From positions 1-39,352 of the forward strand of contig KZ538952.1 in the NCBI GenBank assembly GCA_000934665.2: a stretch of DNA of 39,352 nt. Direction: 5' to 3'. The notes below the pieces were generated by a model. It had not been told where the DNA came from. It worked only from the letters and a program-made list of their open reading frames with translations, and did no database searches. A program made the position numbers and the translations under genes. Below are positions 10,803 through 21,392 of this stretch, piece after piece (the stretch's first letter is position 1; each line of letters starts with the position of its first letter). The DNA comes from Catajapyx aquilonaris (taxonomy: Eukaryota).

Positions 10803-11326
10803 GCGTATTCCTTAACCCTACCTGGGCTCAATCGGGGGGTAGGGGGTACAACAGGGGGTAGGGGTACGATGTACTAACCCAACCTAACCATACCTAACCT
10901 TCACTCGTTGCGGATACAGCCCTATCTTCACGAATGCGAATATTAATATTCACTGCTTGATGTGATGTGGGCAGGGGGTAGGGGTACGATGTACTAACCC
11001 AACCTAACCATACCTAACCTTCACTCGTTGCGGATACAGGCCTATCTTCACGTAAGAAAAGACGACGAAAAAAATAGGGGGTAAAAAAAAAGAAGCCTAA
11101 CGGGGACTCGAACCTGCAGCCTTCTGATCTATAGGCCAGGGCGCTACCAATACACTACAGCAGCCATCGCTGGGATTGCTTCTTCCGATGGGGATTCTTA
11201 TGCTGCGCAGGCACGATGGCCCGTGTCCTAGAGCGCGTCCAACACCCGCATGTGACGTCACGGCGGGAGAGCGGTGATGCGCATTCGGACGCGCCAGTTG
11301 AGCCCAGGTAGGGTTAAGGAATACGC
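10803..11326. mobile_element. MITE with 29-bp perfect TIRs and 9-bp TSD (Mutator/MULE-like)
   Basis: TIR GCGTATTCCTTAACCCTACCTGGGCTCAA at 10803-10831 and 11298-11326. TSD TGCAGCGAC at 10794-10802 and 11327-11335. Internal ~81-bp direct duplication (10852-10932 / 10972-11052). Confidence 0.9.
11101..11165 (-). pseudogene. tRNA-derived sequence (pseudo-tRNA / SINE head) inside the MITE
   Basis: GGCTGCTG-TAGTGTATTGGTAG (A box)...GGTTCGAGTCCCCG (B box), followed within ~10 nt by a T-run. The acceptor stem does not pair, so it is not a functional tRNA. Confidence 0.65.
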
Positions 11327-11929
11327 TGCAGCGACCAGGCAGTCAGTGGCCCGCAGTCGGACTGGAAGGTCCCCTGAAAAGGGAGCTCTCCCCTTCGATT
11401 AGTCGGCTCACTGATCCACTTGAAACGTTGATAAGACGGGGTCAGAGGTCATCTGGTGATGACCCGACTTCCGCTTACTTGCAAACTATCGCGACGAGGG
11501 GGAGTGCAGGTAAGTTTGGTGGTTAGACCAACATTACTTGCTTCATGTGTTCAATTGAGACGCCCAAAACACTTTCCATAAGCAATCACATAATTTATTT
11601 ACTTAGTAAGCAATCATCTTAACTTAATGAACTCAACAAAACACCAATAAGTTACGTGAGAAAATGTCCACCACAGTCTAGCCCCACAACCAACAACAGC
11701 CCACTCCGGCAGCCCTAACCCCTTGAGAAGTCAGGCTGGATCTCACCCCTTCCGTTTACGGTTTTGGTAGAGACTTGGATTTAGACGACTCCTGTCGTCC
11801 CCAGCCTCTTCCAGTTTTGGGTGGTCCTTCCTCCAGTCCTGTATCGTAGATTCAGGGTTGCATTCTTCCATGGTTTTCTCGCTCGTCCACGGCTTCCGAT
11901 GGCTTCTGACATCTCGGGCTTGGTCGTCG

Positions 11930-12260
11930 GGTCTTGTTCTTCTTGTTCTTCTTCTTCTTCTTCTTCTTCTTCTCCTTCTTCTTCTTCATCTTACAGAGAC
12001 TTGCTGACTGGTTCGCTGGTGTGCTCTCAAAAACTCAACTCTCCATCTCTCTTGGACTTCTCTCTTCTGCTCTCTGGTCTCTTCTCCTTTGGCTGGTTTC
12101 CGGCTCAACGCGTAGCTTTTCGACGGCCTCCCTCCAACTCTAACTCCAACTCCATCTCTCTCTCCAACTCTCCATCTCCCACCTTCTCTTCGGACTACTT
12201 CTCCCTTCTCTCTACTCCAACTCCTTCTGTCTCCTTCTGGTGCTCTCTCTCTCTTACCCT
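11930..12260. repeat. Pyrimidine-rich low-complexity tract including (TTC)n
   Basis: TTCTTCTTG/TTC repeats at 11933-11990 and CT-rich runs to ~12260. The ORFs called here are composition artefacts. Confidence 0.8.
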
Positions 12261-12635
12261 CGCTATTTGGTCGCCGCTTATATGTTGAATTTTCGAAGGT
12301 TTACACCTCCTCACCACAATAGTATCGGTTTTAATTATTCTAATGTCCTTCCATTCTTCTGAGCAATGCTCCCGTGGTTGGGACATTTGAGTTGCAATCC
12401 CGTCGAGAGGGCCTTTTGTGAACAATGCCTTATTTCAAAGAAAGGCCTTAAATTCTGTATCCTTTTCTTTGACTTTCTGCACTTGCCACCTTACACACTT
12501 GCCACTCGGTAGTGAAAAATAACATTTCCCGTGTTTTTATTTCATACAGAGTACGGCATAAATAGTAAACTGACCAGGAGTCATAGTTGGGTAGGCGCCA
12601 CCCAAGTATACTCCCGGGAGGAGGAAAGGATACCT

Positions 12636-12830
12636 GGGCCAGCAGGCTCGCGCCGCCTGGGTCATCCAATCCAACTATTTATTCCGCTTAGGCAATCCCA
12701 TATAACCTCCGAAAATAATACTTACAAGCGTCATACTTGGGCCAGCAGGCCGCGCCGCCTGAGTATACGTAAGTAAGGTGAAGGGAATGATGTCTGGGCC
12801 AGCAGGCTAGCGCCGCCCGGGTTATCGGAC
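12636..12830 (+). repeat. Three dispersed direct copies of GGGCCAGCAGGC(TN)(G)CGCCGCC
   Basis: Copies begin at ~12636, ~12739 and ~12796. Confidence 0.75.
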
Positions 12831-12980
12831 CCAATTATTTCGGCAGTGCTTCCCCCTACCGATTCTAAAAATCGCCGGAAGCCCGGACCAGGTCGGAGTA
12901 GGTACTTGCAGTCAACATCTTGTGTATCTACTCCTGTTTCCTTTGTGACTGTCGGAATGTAGAAGCTGGCATCACGGCAG

Positions 12981-13885
12981 CACGGGTCCAATCTGGCCCG
13001 TCACATTAAGCGACGGCATCAAGAACATGCCGCCTGTCTTGGTCTAGACTCATCTAGGACGGTGCTACCAGAAAGGACTGCCTCCAGCAATAGCTCCAGC
13101 AGGGTACAGTCCAGAAAACGAAAGGCCCCAGGGATTTGCGGCGTCACCATCGACAAAAACACAGTAGTGAAGGCTTGCACTGACCTTGTGACCGTGAACG
13201 GCCGTCCACTGAGCGTGCTGCACGATTCGGGATGCAGAGCCATTCTTGACCCTATCCTGGATGGTATAAATCGCGGGGTGGCTGAAGGAGAGCACTTGGT
13301 CATCAATCGCTTCAAGGTACAGTACAGGTGTCAAACCTACGTACCTACCCCAATATAATTATAATAATTTGCGTAAATGAAAACATTGTTGAGTGCGTGT
13401 GGTTTAAGTCGTGCCATGCAAGTAACACTTGTCTCATTCATTGCAGATCAAGGATGAAATATCGCTAAAGGCGCAGGCCTTGCGCCTTCAGATTAAAGAA
13501 GAGGTGAAAGGAAGACTTGTATGCGTGAAAGTGGACACGGCGAGTCGTCTGGATCGGAAGGTGATTGATTGGCGTAAACATCCAGTACATGAGCAAGGGA
13601 AAGATCATGCTGCGCAACCTCTGTGCGAGAAATTACGAAGCGACACACGGCATCGAACCTGAGGAAGGAGATGGATGAGGTCCTCCGACAGTTTGGCATT
13701 ACACCCACGGGTACCGCCAGCGTGTACAGCGTAACGACAGACAACGCGGCGAACATGGTGAAGGCGGTGGCATTACTGAGTGCCGAGGCTAGTGCAGCTC
13801 AGGAGGCCCCGCAGGAATGGGACGCAGACTCCGACTCGGACGACGCAGAGGACTCCGATGTCAGCGTCGAAGAACTTTCGTCGCT
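12981..13885 (+). pseudogene. hAT-superfamily transposase, N-terminal half, with one intron and two frameshifts
   Basis: HGSNLARHIKRRH (end of BED) and LVTVNGRPLSVLHDSG, then a phase-0 GT-AG intron at 13317-13446. Continues with KVDTASRLDR (first catalytic D), IGVNIQY, HTASNL and YSVTTDNAANMVKA (second D). CxxH and the catalytic E are missing (truncated). Confidence 0.88.
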
Positions 13886-13957
13886 CGTAAATGGTCCTTA
13901 TTACATCCCTGTAATTACACGACTTCCATTACCGCATAGTATGTCTGCTCACCGCGT

Positions 13958-14019
13958 GGCACGAGTTAACAACTCTTTCGTGATGATTGATCATCACGAA
14001 AGAGTTGTTAACTCGTGCC
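13958..14019. repeat. Perfect 30-bp palindrome with 2-nt centre
   Basis: GGCACGAGTTAACAACTCTTTCGTGATGAT-TG-ATCATCACGAAAGAGTTGTTAACTCGTGCC. Confidence 0.95.
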
Positions 14020-14164
14020 GAAGCATGTCACTGAAGTTCCACTATTGCAGTTGACTAGCTGTGATTCCCAAACTTTTTCCTTCGCGACCCCATGTACAAG
14101 CTTTCGATAATATAACGATAATATGAACTTTATGAAATCGTCCCTAATCCGTATCTGTTCCAGA

Positions 14165-15733
14165 CAGGGCTGCAATACTAAACTAAACGAAAGAAAAGTT
14201 TCGTTCCGACGGAAACGAAACCAAACATGTTAGCTATACCATTTCGGTTCGGAAACGAAACTAAATGATCCGGACCACGTTCTGTTTTGTTACGGAAACT
14301 AAACGATACTTGGGAACTGAACGGGCAGTTCGTAACGAATCTCCTTCTCATTCTGTTTTAGTTTCGTTCCGGCGGATAAGGGTAATCGTTTCGGGAACCA
14401 AGCATATCGGAACCTGGGTAAGCGGTTTCATTTCGGGTACGGAAACCGGTGCTCTGCCGCCTACGTGGAGGCAGTGCACTGGTATGGTGTGTTGCCAGTT
14501 TGCCACATTTTGAGAAATCCTGGCCTATAGAGTACAGGCCATACTGGACGGTTGGCAGTACGGAATATTATCATTAGCATTGTCATGCGTGCGATGGGCA
14601 CCTCGGTCGCATTTGACTACCTACTACATCCTGCTGGGGACGAGACTAGGCTGCATCAAAATCTTATTTTAAAATGAGTTACGGCCAAGGTGAAGGTGCG
14701 TGGACCGCTGGAGCTTCTGAAAGTGCACAGAAGAGGTATGGACGACCGCCATTAGAATTCATCCGGAAGTATTTTGTGTACCACCCCCACACCAACAAGT
14801 CCACTGGCTGCATTGCCAACTGCGGCACTTTTATCTTCGTGGAACATCCGGTTAACCGAAAAATCGTGCCAGGGGGCGTGGCTTAATCTGGAACGGCGGC
14901 CATCTTACCATGGACCAGAAAGTAGGGGGGAACCAACTTAGGTGTCAAGTTCGTGAAGTCACACCACCTCCGTAGTTTCCTACCTCCATGCAGTGGCGGA
15001 TTTAGGGGGGTGGCACGGGCAAATATGAGAAAATTAGAGGCCTTTGGCCTATTCACTGTTCCTTGGGCACAGGGGCACGTGCCCCCCCCCCTCCCCCCCA
15101 GAACTCCCCCAGAGGAAGAAAAAGAAAAAAAACGGGGGGGGGNNNNNNNNNNNNNNNNNNNNNNNNNNNNNNNNNNNNNNNNNNNNNNNNNNNNNNNNNN
15201 NNNNNNNNNNNNNNNNNNNNNNNNNNNNNNNNNNNNNNNNNNNNNNNNNNNNNNNNNNNNNCCTGTCTGCACAGGTCTCTATAAGCGCCCCCCCCTCCCC
15301 CCCCGAAAAATTTCTCGATCCGCCACTGCCTCCATGGCACAAACCCGTCCGAACTCCGAACAGTGAAGCCCGTGACACGTTAGGAGAACGGAAATAAATA
15401 ACATGGCGAGAACACGAGCATGAGTCGCAAGTCGGCCTCCTTCACCACGGGCAGCCAACACCGCAGGTACCGGTACTTCCCAACGCGGCCGCAATGGAAC
15501 GACGCGCTGGTTACAGCTACGTCACAGGAAACGAAACCAATGTCAATGGTTACCTAAATCACTTTCGATTCCCGAATATTGTTTCGTTCCTAGAACCCGA
15601 AGTTTTGTTTCCTTGACTTTCGTTTCCAGCATTTCGTTCCTGCATTTAGTTTCAGTTCCAGAATCGTTTCTGTGAACAGAAACGCAGGACTTACGGTTCT
15701 TTCAGTTTAGTTTCGTTTATTTTTGCAGCCCTG
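14165..15733 (+). mobile_element. Internally deleted hAT-like element retaining a BED-finger remnant
   Basis: 11-bp TIR CAGGGCTGCAA / TTGCAGCCCTG. Many GAAACGAAA/TTTCGTTTC subterminal repeats at both ends. BED-like peptide GRPPLEFIRKYFVY...STGCIANCG at ~14740-14860. No 8-bp TSD detectable. Confidence 0.75.
14991..15328. mobile_element. hAT-type MITE nested in the element above (spans an N-gap)
   Basis: TIR CAGTGGCGGAT / ATCCGCCACTG. Perfect 8-bp TSD CCTCCATG at 14983-14990 and 15329-15336. Confidence 0.92.
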
Positions 15734-16115
15734 ATGGATACGAATTCCTGCTTTCCAAGACGAGAAAATCTCTCCCAAACAGATGTCACCGTTTGGTTTT
15801 TCATATATCTATTCATATGTCATCTATTGCATCATCATGCTGATTCTTTTTACCGTTTGATGAATCCTCACTTTTGTATTCTTATCTGTATTCCCAGCAG
15901 GCTTTGCGCCTCCTGACTACCTATATAAACCGGCGCAACCCGCTCCTTGAGGCCTTTTTCTCTCAGGAGAATATCCTGGAGGAACTGGTCATCCTTCCCT
16001 CTCTCTCTCTCACACCATACTGTTCCACCATTCCTTCAGCATGTATCATTTTACATTGACTATTAAAAGAGGTGTTGAAAGTATCCTACCATCTTTACTT
16101 TACCGCTCGGTCACA
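15734..16115 (+). mobile_element. 5' LTR (3' part) of protease-bearing element B
   Basis: Contains CCTATATAAACCG...GAGGCCTTT and ATTAAA, ends CGGTCACA, and is followed 6 nt later by a PBS. The 5' part is interrupted by the hAT element. Confidence 0.75.
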
Positions 16116-16121
16116 TAAACG

Positions 16122-16139
16122 TGGCGTCAGACGTGGGAT
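16122..16139 (+). promoter_or_regulatory. Primer-binding site, tRNA-Leu type
   Basis: TGGCGTCAGACGTGGGAT is 2 mismatches from TGGTGTCAGAAGTGGGAT, the complement of the tRNA-Leu(CAA) 3' end, which many Gypsy elements use. Confidence 0.8.
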
Positions 16140-17420
16140 ATGATTGTTTTCAACGCCTCTAGGTTTTATTGGATCTGATCATGCGGTGTATCCTTCGGAG
16201 TTTTATTCTCCATCCTACCCTGTTTGATCCTTTGGGATGCTTGGTTTTCAAGCGCGTCCACGGTCATATTATCACCTCTCCGATTTTCCCTGCCCCGTGG
16301 GACTTTTCTTCCTTTTGGATCACTTTGGTGCTTTTGGCACAACGCTACCCCCTGATCCTCTGTCACGTGACTCTGTGTATGAATTCGGCACTGGTCACGG
16401 TTGACATTCTGCAAGAAACTGTATGCACTTTTGGCATTATGTTTATTGCGGTTGTGAATTCCCCTCTTTCGGGCTATTTGTCGCATGACGCGCCATTTAA
16501 GCAGCTATTGATGAAGGGAGGCCTTCTCAAGCGAGTTTATGGTCCTGGTTTTTTTTTTTTCCTTTTTATATCCTACCTTACCTACTTTACCCCCCTTTGT
16601 GGACAGTTATATCTACAAACATCGCTACAGACACATGAGAGAGTGGAGTTACGGGCCACCCGGTTCCGTTGGTGTGTGCGGAATACGTCACCCAGGGGCC
16701 GGGGTGGTGAGGCAGTGTGGAGGCCCATGTGACTAAATTCTACTACGGCATGTGCCCCTTTTGCCTCTATATCTTTGTGGAAGTTTCCATCGCGGGAGGT
16801 CGGACAAGCGATTTTCTATTATCCGACTAATTGAAGTTAGAAGACCCCACCCGTGAGAATAAAGGCAACCTTCCACGCCGTGATTTATTACACCACCTAC
16901 ATTGGCTGCGTGTGTGTGTGCATATGCGTGTGTGGCATATTGGTTGTCGTGATATTTTGATAACCACCATATTCCTGGTTGTATGGACCAGGTGCCGTGG
17001 ATGTTATTCATTTAAATTGGAGATCCATCTTATCAGGAGCCATTTCCTTGCCCCCTTGTAAGGTGGGAGGGGGTGGAGGATATTGGACTACCCCGTAGTA
17101 GTGAGCTGTGGATATCCCATTGGTCAAGTGCTCCACACTACTGGACTGACCTCCCAGTGTGTGACGCAACATTGAAGGACATTCCAACCACCATGCATTG
17201 CACTCTTCCCGAATATAAGCAAGACTCGCCAGCCATGTGTTATTCATTTGCGAATCTTCTTGTGCCACTCTAACTTACGCACTTTCTTTCGAGCAGCAGC
17301 AGTACGAGCAGCGGTGTGAGCAGCTTCCTTACGAGAAACTTCCTACGTCTACGAGCTGAATTACGTGCAACTCGTAAGGATGGCCTCCTTCCGAATCGAA
17401 GAACCAGATACTTCGATGAT

Positions 17421-17958
17421 TTTACTGCTGCCACCATTCCCGTACTCGTTCATGGAATTCCACATACCGCTCTACTGGACAGCGGAGCCGTATCTTCCAT
17501 GGTCTCCATAGCTATGTGTGACTCCATTCCTCGTTGTTCAAGACCTCCGTTGGAACCGGCCCCTCCGACGAAGCTGCGCATGGCCGACGTACACCTTGTT
17601 CGACCTTGTGGGAGGACAACACTCACCCTCACCATGGGGAGCATAACATTCCAGAAGACGTTCCTCGTGGTGCGTAATGGGAGTGCTTCCCGTGATTTTG
17701 GCCGCAGACTTCATGGCCGCCCTGGGGTGTCACCTTGACTTCCAATGCCTGTTTCTTTCCGGAAACATCTACTCCGAGGTGGACGTCCCGACGCTGCACA
17801 CTTTCATCATGCCTTTTCAACTGTTCGAGGAAATGGAGGTCCCGCCATCGGACCGGGACTACAGACGTCGTCGTCGCTCCTACAAGAAGAGGAAGCGGAG
17901 GGACACTTTCCTGGACCGCACGTACATTTGGAGCTCCTTCTTTGGTTTCGTAAATTGA
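17421..17958 (+). pseudogene. Retropepsin aspartyl protease (DSG active site), 1-nt frameshift near 17679
   Basis: TIPVLVHGIPHTALLDSGAVSSMVS...VRPCGRTTL...FLVVRN / GVLPVILAADFM. Ends in a basic tail RRRRRSYKKRKRR. No RT domain follows. Confidence 0.88.
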
Positions 17959-18203
17959 CCGCTGTCATCTGAGTGACATTTGAAGTACGTACATCATCAT
18001 CGTCATCCCTCATTACCAGTTATTGGTGTCCTACTTTTGTTGACGAAGATTTCTTTTTGGTTTGTGGCCGTCTGAGAACTTCACCCGGGTCTCTTTTTTT
18101 TCTTTGTGGATTTTGTTTCCGTGTTTGACACATGTTTTCTCCCCTTGCAGTTTTGATGGAAAGCATGGAAGTTGCTGGAAAAAGATGCGCGTGCCTTACC
18201 AAT

Positions 18204-19083
18204 ATTCGCCGACTACGAAGAAATGGATGGACAGTGTTTTACACCGACGAGACCTGGTGTGGCGCTAATCACACCAGGAAGTTTGGGTGGCAGGAGTTTG
18301 CACGAAGTTCAGACAAGTGCACATGCAACACTTACCGTGATGTGCAGGAAGTGCATGGGTGGAGGGGTGGAATGAAGGCGCAAGCAGGAAAAAGAATGAT
18401 CATACTTCACATTGAAGGAGAAGAAGGATTTTTGGACGGTGGGGAGTTAGTTTTTACCGGGAAGAAGGGGAGCCAGGATTATCATGATGAAATGAATTGA
18501 AAACATTGCAAGGAATGGTTTCAGAGAGTTCTAGAAAGTTTGCCAGAAAAATCAGCTGTGGTGATAGACCAGGCACCATACCACACGATGATGAACCGAA
18601 GAATGTAAAAATCCCAAGTCATACTGGAGAAAGGATGACATCATCAACTGGTTAAAAAGGAACAATGTTGCTCCCCCACAAGATGAACATTATAAAGACA
18701 TGCGAAAAGCGCGACGTGTGCAGTGAGCAACTCCTCATTATCGGGCGAAAGAGTACGTGCTCGATAAAATGGTGAAGGAATCCGGAAAAGAAGTGAAACT
18801 GTTATGGCTCCTGTGGCTCATTGTGAGCCAAATCCAATCGAGCTCATATGGGCTTACGTAAAAAAATTCCGTGGCAGCCACCAATAAAACCTTCAAGATC
18901 AAAGACGTTTTTGAGCTCTGCAGAGACACACTGCGGAATGTGCCGACGAGCGTGTGGAAAAAAAGCTGTGGACTATTATTTTGAGAAAGACGGCCTGATT
19001 GAAAGCATTGTGGAAGCCATGATTATCAATACTGAGGGCGACTCGGACAGTGATTTACGGGAAGACTTAAGAGACGACTTTTA
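18204..19083 (+). pseudogene. IS630-Tc1-mariner transposase of the Sailor (DD82E-like / m44-like) type, degraded
   Basis: Motifs FYTDETW, AGKRMIILH, DYHDEMN, VVIDQAPYHT, W-RKDDIINWL and HCEPNPIELIWAYVK. The second D (18567) and the E (18840) are 273 nt (~90 codons) apart. Several stops and frameshifts. Confidence 0.82.
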
Positions 19084-19213
19084 ACCATCCAAAGGTGAGT
19101 CATTCATACTATTTCTTCCCTCCGTTTGTTCGTTTTGCGGCAAAACCGAGCATGACGAAGATAGTTGTTGGAAAAAGCATGGCTACCCGGGGAAAAGAGG
19201 GTCTAGTCAGAAG

Positions 19214-19781
19214 ATGGCCGATTTAGTGAGTACCGATGATCGAGCTGAGCAGCTCATAGAGTTAATTAAAGGATTCCGCCACATATACGACGCCAAGGCG
19301 AAGGACCACAGAAACGCTTTGGTGGTTTTCAATTCGTGGAAGGCCATCGCCATCACCATGAAGCTATCTGGTGAGTGTTCAGTCCATATTCTGACCATAG
19401 CCTGGCAATGTACACATGTGGAATAGTTGTTGTGCTGGCTCTTGGGGACAATAGCAGTCAAATCACGTATTGCTTGGGTTTAAGATGTTGTACGTACCTA
19501 GTATGCACATGTAAGATAATTAATTTCATATGAGAGCTAACGTGAACAGTTAAGTGCAGCATGGTTCAGTCATAAGCAAAACATAGCTGCAATGTGTTCA
19601 CTGTCACATCAGGATTATTTACCCCATTTTGTTTACTTCCACAGTGGAGGAAGTCAAGCGACTACGGCAAAGTCTAAGAGACCGTTTCACGCGGTACCGG
19701 TGGACTGTGGCCAAGAGCAGGCGGAGTGGGGCTGCTGCAAAATCCATCAGGGCACCAGCACATGCAGCAGCCAGTGACTAG
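19214..19781 (+). pseudogene. MADF (Myb/SANT-like) DNA-binding protein fragment, spliced; typical Harbinger accessory gene
   Basis: Exon 1 MADLVSTDDRAEQLIELIKGFRHIYDAKAKDHRNALVVFNSWKAIAITMKLS. Phase-1 intron GTGAGT...TTCCACAG (19371-19644). Exon 2 VEEVKRL(W>R)QSLRDRFTRYR...SGAAA. Confidence 0.85.
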
Positions 19782-19985
19782 CAAATTTGATTTGGCCATC
19801 CTCCCACCGACCTCGGCTGCAGCTCAACAACACTCCTTACGCGTGTACCATCAGGTTCAGCAGTGGAAAGGTGTAGACTTGGAGCCTACAAACTGTGGAT
19901 GAAGAGTCAAGAACGGAAGATTGAGGCCAATTCCCACACTTCTTGAACCAGGTCCGGAGAACTTTGTGTACAGCTTCAGGGACAT
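19768..19985 (+). pseudogene. Academ-like transposon protein, C-terminal fragment preceding the Cys-rich finger
   Basis: QPVTSKFDLAILPPTSAAAQQHSLRVYHQVQQWKGVDLEPTNCG*RVKNGRLRPIPTLLEPGPE matches the LPPTxxAxxxHxxRxxxQxxxW...WGW...PxP signature. The family assignment rests on recalled motifs. Confidence 0.7.
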
Positions 19986-20052
19986 GTCCTCAACATATCC
20001 CCAAAAGCGCGCTTTGTTATTAATTTGTTCCATGTAAAAACCTAATTGCACT

Positions 20053-20446
20053 CGACTATTAGTAGTTCCTGCTAGTAGTGAGATAAGGGATTCTCTTCTC
20101 AAAGAGGCCCATGAGAGTTTAGTGGCAGGACATAGAGGCGTTGAAAAGACCATCGACCAGATTAAACGTTGGTATGAATGGAGGAATGTGCACGCGGATG
20201 TACTGTAGTAGCTCGTTGGATTGCGGCTTATGACGTGTGCCAGAGGGTGAAAGCGCCTAGGATGTTTCCGGCTGGACCTCTACAGCCCTCCCTATACCAC
20301 AGCGGAATTGGCAGAGTGTGTCGCTAGATTTCGTAACGGGTTTGCCTAAAACTATTCGGGGTCATGACTGTCCTGGTTTTTGTGGATAGATTGTCCAAGA
20401 TGGCTCATTTTGTTCTCACCCAGGGCGCTACATCGGCCGAAACGAC
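20053..20446 (+). pseudogene. Gypsy integrase fragment (HHCC zinc-binding domain + start of rve)
   Basis: RLLVVP...LLKEAHESLVAGHRGVEKT...YEWRNVHADV / ARWIAAYDVCQRVK...GPLQP / LPIPQRNWQSVSLDFVTGLPKT / VLVFVDRLSKMAHF. Confidence 0.92.
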
Positions 20447-20780
20447 GCGTCGTGGGACACCCTGTCGTTTATTGTTCCTGTTCGCTCATTACGATATCGC
20501 CACTGCGCAAAGCTAATTTGTGTTTTATATGTTGCAGTTTCTGCCATGTGTTGCAATAAAGCGTCCATTTTACTGTGTATTGTCCATTATTGTGGCAGTA
20601 TTTTATATGTTCCAGATTAATTCAATCTGCTATATATACTGCTAGATGCATAACTCGCTATCCCTTTCCATACACACAAAGTCATGCCAAATCACGCCCG
20701 AAGTATAGATGACGACAGGCAGGAAGGCCTTGTGCAGCTAGCGCGAAGGAGGAGGCAGCTAAACATACTCGCCTACTTAA

Positions 20781-21392
20781 GGCCGAGCGCAAATCATGCG
20801 AAGTTGCAGCGACTAGTTGCATGCGCAGGGTGCGCGCGCCGCTTTCCTCCGAGGTCGCAGGGGTGTTGCAGGTTTCCAGCACTGCTTGAAAACTCCCCCC
20901 CATCGGAGNCCCCCCCCCCATCGGAGGCAATTTCCAAGATGGCGGCGCCCAGATCGGAGTGAATCTCCGTAAATATTCGATACAGAGTGTTGGAAGGAGG
21001 GCCGTCTTAACCCATGAGCACGCTGCCCAGTTTCCCGGGGGGCTCACGAGTGTAGAGGGCCCCATGCTAATGTTGTGACTTGCTGGAAATGAGTAAATAC
21101 TAGGCTATACTGTACCGGTTACGTCGTACCAGTACCGGTGGCCCATGGAGCGTGGATAGTACACAAACAGTGGTCAAGAATGACCTCATTCATGAACTGT
21201 GAACGGTATTACTTCCCCTAAAATTATGGAGTACTGTACTGCAATTCCGCGCCTAAGATCGCATCGAAATTGCATGATTTGCGTCGGGTGTGCAATGTGA
21301 CTTATCGTCGTCCGAAAGCTGCGCGCGCATCCTGTCTCGATGCAACAAATAGGGGCGACGTCGCACCTTCATTGCATGATTTGCGCTCGGCC
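20781..21392. mobile_element. PIF/Harbinger-type MITE
   Basis: Perfect 19-bp TIR GGCCGAGCGCAAATCATGC / GCATGATTTGCGCTCGGCC with 3-bp TAA TSD (20778-20780, 21393-21395). Further imperfect inverted similarity inside. Confidence 0.9.

Noticed and set aside
11821..12288. Ser/Leu-rich 155-aa ORF
   Set aside because: Artefact of (TTC)n/CT-rich low complexity.
12590..12830. CRISPR-like repeat-spacer array
   Set aside because: Only three imperfect repeats with irregular spacing, in a eukaryotic context with no cas genes.
14883..15397. ORFs spanning the N-gap
   Set aside because: They are open only because N codons hide stops; the region is a MITE.
16169..16732. 187-aa hydrophobic ORF as gag or a membrane protein
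   Set aside because: It lies in the T-rich LTR leader, starts at a non-ATG codon and has no CCHC or capsid motif. The hydrophobicity follows from base composition.
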